Source of the DNA: Setoptus koraiensis
Lineage: Eukaryota > Animalia > Arthropoda
Direction: 5' to 3'
DNA: 64,000 nt
Assembly: GCA_048013815.1 (NCBI GenBank)
Contig: CM106586.1
Span: 11,036,001 to 11,100,000 of the forward strand
Below, in pieces: positions 60,101 to 64,000 of this stretch (position 1 is the stretch's first letter; each line of letters begins with the position of its first letter). The notes beneath the pieces are model-generated. The model had not been told where the DNA came from. It saw only the letters and a list, made by a program, of their open reading frames with translations, and did no database searches. Made by a program: the position numbers and the translations under genes.

Positions 60101-63100
60101 AAGCAACCAATACCAATTAAAATAAATACCAGACCACACAAAGTTGGGACCCCATACACTGTTAGTTTCTACACTGAAATAGACAACAGCAGAGCCACAC
60201 TTGGTCTGTGCATACGACAATGATTTCGACTTCTTTGGTTCCGCGCCAAACTCAATGATTCGTGCTTAAGGGATTTATATAGCCATTCGCCATGATAATG
60301 GTGGACACTGACCGAGATCCAATGACATCCCTAGACAAAGCTTTTTTACTCCGCAGATTAATCAAGCAGAATCTTATTATATGATGTTGAAGAGGCATCA
60401 CTGTATTATTCATTGGAGTAACGCAATTTCGTTGGCGCAATCATAATCGATCTTCTCAGTGACCACACTTTTAGGCAACCAAGCATGACTTATTAACTGT
60501 GATAGTATCACATTCTCAAAATTTTTGTTATAGACTCGTAACCGCAAGATGATCTCCTTGGAGCCGTGAAGATGGTCTAGCCCGCGACTCTTACATACTT
60601 CGAACGCGATCTGAGACCCATGATAGCCTATGAGTAGATTGCATCAGAAATCATTTATTTGAGATTTCCCTAGTGCCATACGATTCGTTTGCTCGCGGAG
60701 CTCGTTGTTGTGTGTCGTATCTTTGTGTACGGAAGGTTGGTAAACTACTCATGATTCACAAAGGAAGACTGAAATTTCACCACTATCTTTGGTTTCAATT
60801 AAACACCGACGAAAACCAGGCAATCAGAAATTGCAAATGTCTGATTGCAAGAAAGGGGGAATGGATTGGCATCTTGTTCGCGCATTTCCTTCGAATATCG
60901 AAACAAATACTATAATGATCACCAAATCCAATTGAAATACATTCGTTTATCGAATCTGAGTTCGACTGAGCTTGCTATGAGCCAATTTCAGGCTACCAGC
61001 AACCATGCATTACATATTTGCATGTAGTGTGAGAGAAAGGACATATTTCCGTCCGTTATTATCGACAATAGTGGGTCCTAATGGACCTCTGAATTGCCGA
61101 TTCGACATTCGTGTTTGTTTGCATGTTTGGTCGCATGTTTGGTTCTATAGTACAATTCATTACAAATTACTGTGGCCGAGATTCATGCTACAATGCTACA
61201 ATAAATTATTCGAGTGTAGTATTAATATCGTTGATGAAAGGAATATAATGATCAATATTTATTGGGCCTATCTATTGTGCGAGTATGAGTCGTGTTCGTG
61301 GCCACCACCAGGTTCTATAAATGATTAATGATGTAACTAGTGATTAAGGATGGACAAAACATCGTTATTGCAGGACACACAAATACTTATTTGCTTGCAC
61401 TGAATAGTTGTACCGATCGAAATAGGCAGAAATATTCTTGTTCACCATGACCTATGGAGGTATCCCATCTCTTTCACTAATGAAACTGAATAGAACAGAA
61501 AGGACAGGGTAGGTAGTATGACGAGTACATTTCAAGCACCGTTTACTATCACGTGAGAGTGGTGAAGTCTTCCTCTCAATACAGCATGAGCACATAAGGC
61601 CTTTCAGCATCTACTGTCATTGCTATAACTCATTAGCGTCTTGATAATTGACAGTTCGAGAACTGTTTCTAGGGAGACGCTTGCATAGAAGTTTATGAGA
61701 GTGATCATAAGCAAAATACAAAATATTGAATAGCTTCTTAGTAGGAATATCTCCATGAACTCATGAATTTCCTCTTATTATGCGGATATCATAAAGTAGA
61801 TACTATCCAAAAAGATCAGACTAATATAAGAGAGTGTTAAACAGGACGAAGATAGTGAGATGTGACAATTTGTATCGCTACTAGCAGGGTCGTTACCGAT
61901 GATCGATCAATTAAGCTTACAGCATTACGACACAAAGTAAAGTATGAGGCTTGAATGAGGAAAAGCTAGCAGGGCTCTACTCGCGGTTATTAAAAACTCT
62001 TATCCTCAAACACAGATACTTTCAACTGAATTTTGAAAATTGAATTGTTGATGCACGCAGCTAGGTACAATATCGAGTCATATGCAAATTTTTTGTGAAA
62101 CCAGAAATATGATCCGGTTTATCGGAAGGTTTGCAACTAGAATGGTACAATCTAACCAATAATTGTGATTGATTAGTTAGCCTTTCTGGAGCTGTTACTT
62201 TCATCCGTTGTTTGGTTACAGGATATTGTACCACGAACCAGTAACGGTTTAATAATCCATTCTTCTCTACTTGATATAGAAGAAGTGGGCAACAACAATT
62301 GATGTTGTTGAACATCAAGACGGCCAAGACAATTACACTGGCTATTATGTGATATGCAAGGTTTGGATAGGTTATATATAGTTGTATATTAATGGATTCA
62401 GATATACAGCTTTGCTTTGTTGCCAAAATAGTAGTAGGAAAACACATAAACATGCGTCTATGTTTGAGTTACACAATCGCATAGTGTATTAGGTGAGAAT
62501 ACTGACACCATTCTGATTCTTTCTTCGTTTTTCTGTTGAATTGTTCGAGCGCTTCGTTAAACAACCATTGGTCTGGTTTACACGTAACGTGAGTTCAACT
62601 TGATTCTGAAGTGGAACTGGTTTTGGTCCAGACACGTACGTATCAAGATTGTATCGACAGAAAGAGACCCCATGAGCGTTAGTCGCTTGTTCTCTCAACC
62701 AATTCATTCATTCCCAAATCGACCCAAAATAGATGGTGGTGGCTTAAGAAGAATGTAAGAGTAACGCACTATAATCTAAGTAGGGGGCATCATAATCTCG
62801 AATGAGCAGAGGCACAACATACTCGTATCAGACTATAACTAATAGAAGGAAGAGCCTCATCTTCTATTAGCCAACTCTAGTGGCACAATCATCATCGCTT
62901 TATTTCGATTACGAGGAGATGATTATTAGATTAGAATCTGAGTCTATTTCTCTCGTTGCTAGTGCACTTGACATGAGGCACATTCTCTCTCTTCATTGTG
63001 TTGTTTTTCTCCGTTAGTTGTACGCATCTTAAGAGCTTCCGTTTGCACCCCGGTTCTGGGGGCCAAGATGGAAAGGAAGTCAGATTGCTTCATTACCGAG

Positions 63101-64000
63101 ACGTGCCGGCATCATCGTTCACATACAACAAATAACAAACACTGCTAACCACTCATAGTAGTATTAAAAGTAAAAATTGCGTTCAATAATAGCAGTTTCA
63201 TTATTTTATTAACAGTACTTGTACCTAGATAGATGGCCGCTTGGGACGGGAGCTGGTTTAGAATAAATGGTCATGAAAGCAGAGAGAGAGAGAGGGAGTT
63301 TTCTAGCTCTGGAAATTCAATATCCCCGTGTAGAATTGGCGTGTAGCTCTTGGTACAATAGACTTGCATATCTCGCTGGTAATTGTCTCGCTTTGTTTGT
63401 ACACGTCTTCTATCTGAGAGGCTCCGTCAAGAAGTTTAAGTTATTGTTCCGCTGGTATGAGGTCTGTCTGAGAGGAGTTGTATTTCACAAGTCTCCTCTA
63501 TAGCTGTTTTAAGCTAGGCACGTACTTGTGGCAGCAACACACAAGTGCGCATAACAAAGTAAATAGAGTTAAAGTAAGGAAATTTAGTTGGTCGGTTCAG
63601 TCGGGCTCGGCAATGTCGACGAGATTATGCATAATCCCAACTGGTCCACGACCCTTGAAGCAATTTTGTGTTTTTTGCTGGCGAAACAACAGCTGAGCTG
63701 TCTTTGTGAGGCCATTTCATAGTCGTGTCATCAGAGAAGTGCCATTTCTTTTTGCCCGGGGGAAATTTCATCCAACTCAAAATCTCGCGACCAACGCTGA
63801 CTGACTGACTGACTGACTATACGCGCCAGACCCAAGGTACAAAGTTTCTTGACAGACACACTCACACACAAGAACAAAAAAGAATAGTAATAACAACAGT
63901 GATGCCTCGGTTGACACCAGCGCTCTCTTGGGCAATTTATCCGACGATGATGGATAGTTCAAGGTTCACAAGAGTCTAATCTGGCCTCTGAGTGAGGACC

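Noticed and set aside
61095-61245. MFGRMFGSIVQF, resembling an MFS transporter helix
   Set aside because: Produced by a local 11-bp duplication (GCATGTTTGGT x2) in a short, stop-bounded frame.

Overview
Eukaryotic (arthropod-type) genomic DNA. There is no prokaryotic system, CRISPR array or intact transposon. The tightly packed, mostly intronless housekeeping genes, the poly-Q/N tracts in the proteins and the abundant microsatellites suggest a streamlined mite-like genome, possibly eriophyoid (inference). Supported genes in order: a C2H2 zinc-finger factor, an OTU/vertnin-like cysteine protease, SERHL/kraken-type hydrolase, FAM32A, RPS29 (2 exons), a CCSMST1/UQCC4-family protein, tRNA-Leu(CAG), taspase-1, PSMD3/Rpn3 (2 exons), ABAT, TM2D1, AP-3 sigma, PKA-RII (4 exons), STUB1/CHIP (4 exons), a truncated PRC1/Ase1-like fragment, an RBM46/DND1-type RRM protein, an EVA-1-type lectin receptor (4-5 exons) and ILK. 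Three long stretches have no identifiable gene: about 5.1-12.7 kb, 30.2-44.1 kb (visibly GC/CpG-richer and highly structured) and 57.1-64 kb. The most notable observations are: (1) a scrambled, truncated PRC1-like fragment bracketed by an exact 16-bp direct repeat; (2) an intronless OTU/vertnin-like orphan gene; (3) a module of helically phased 10/11-bp arrays in inverted orientation; (4) three long hairpins about 1.2 kb apart plus a PAR-bZIP-type site cluster upstream of PKA-RII; (5) zero-gap convergent stop codons (SERHL/FAM32A); (6) an abrupt synonymous-GC switch inside PKA-RII that coincides with its retained introns. All family assignments come from motif recognition by eye; no searches were run.
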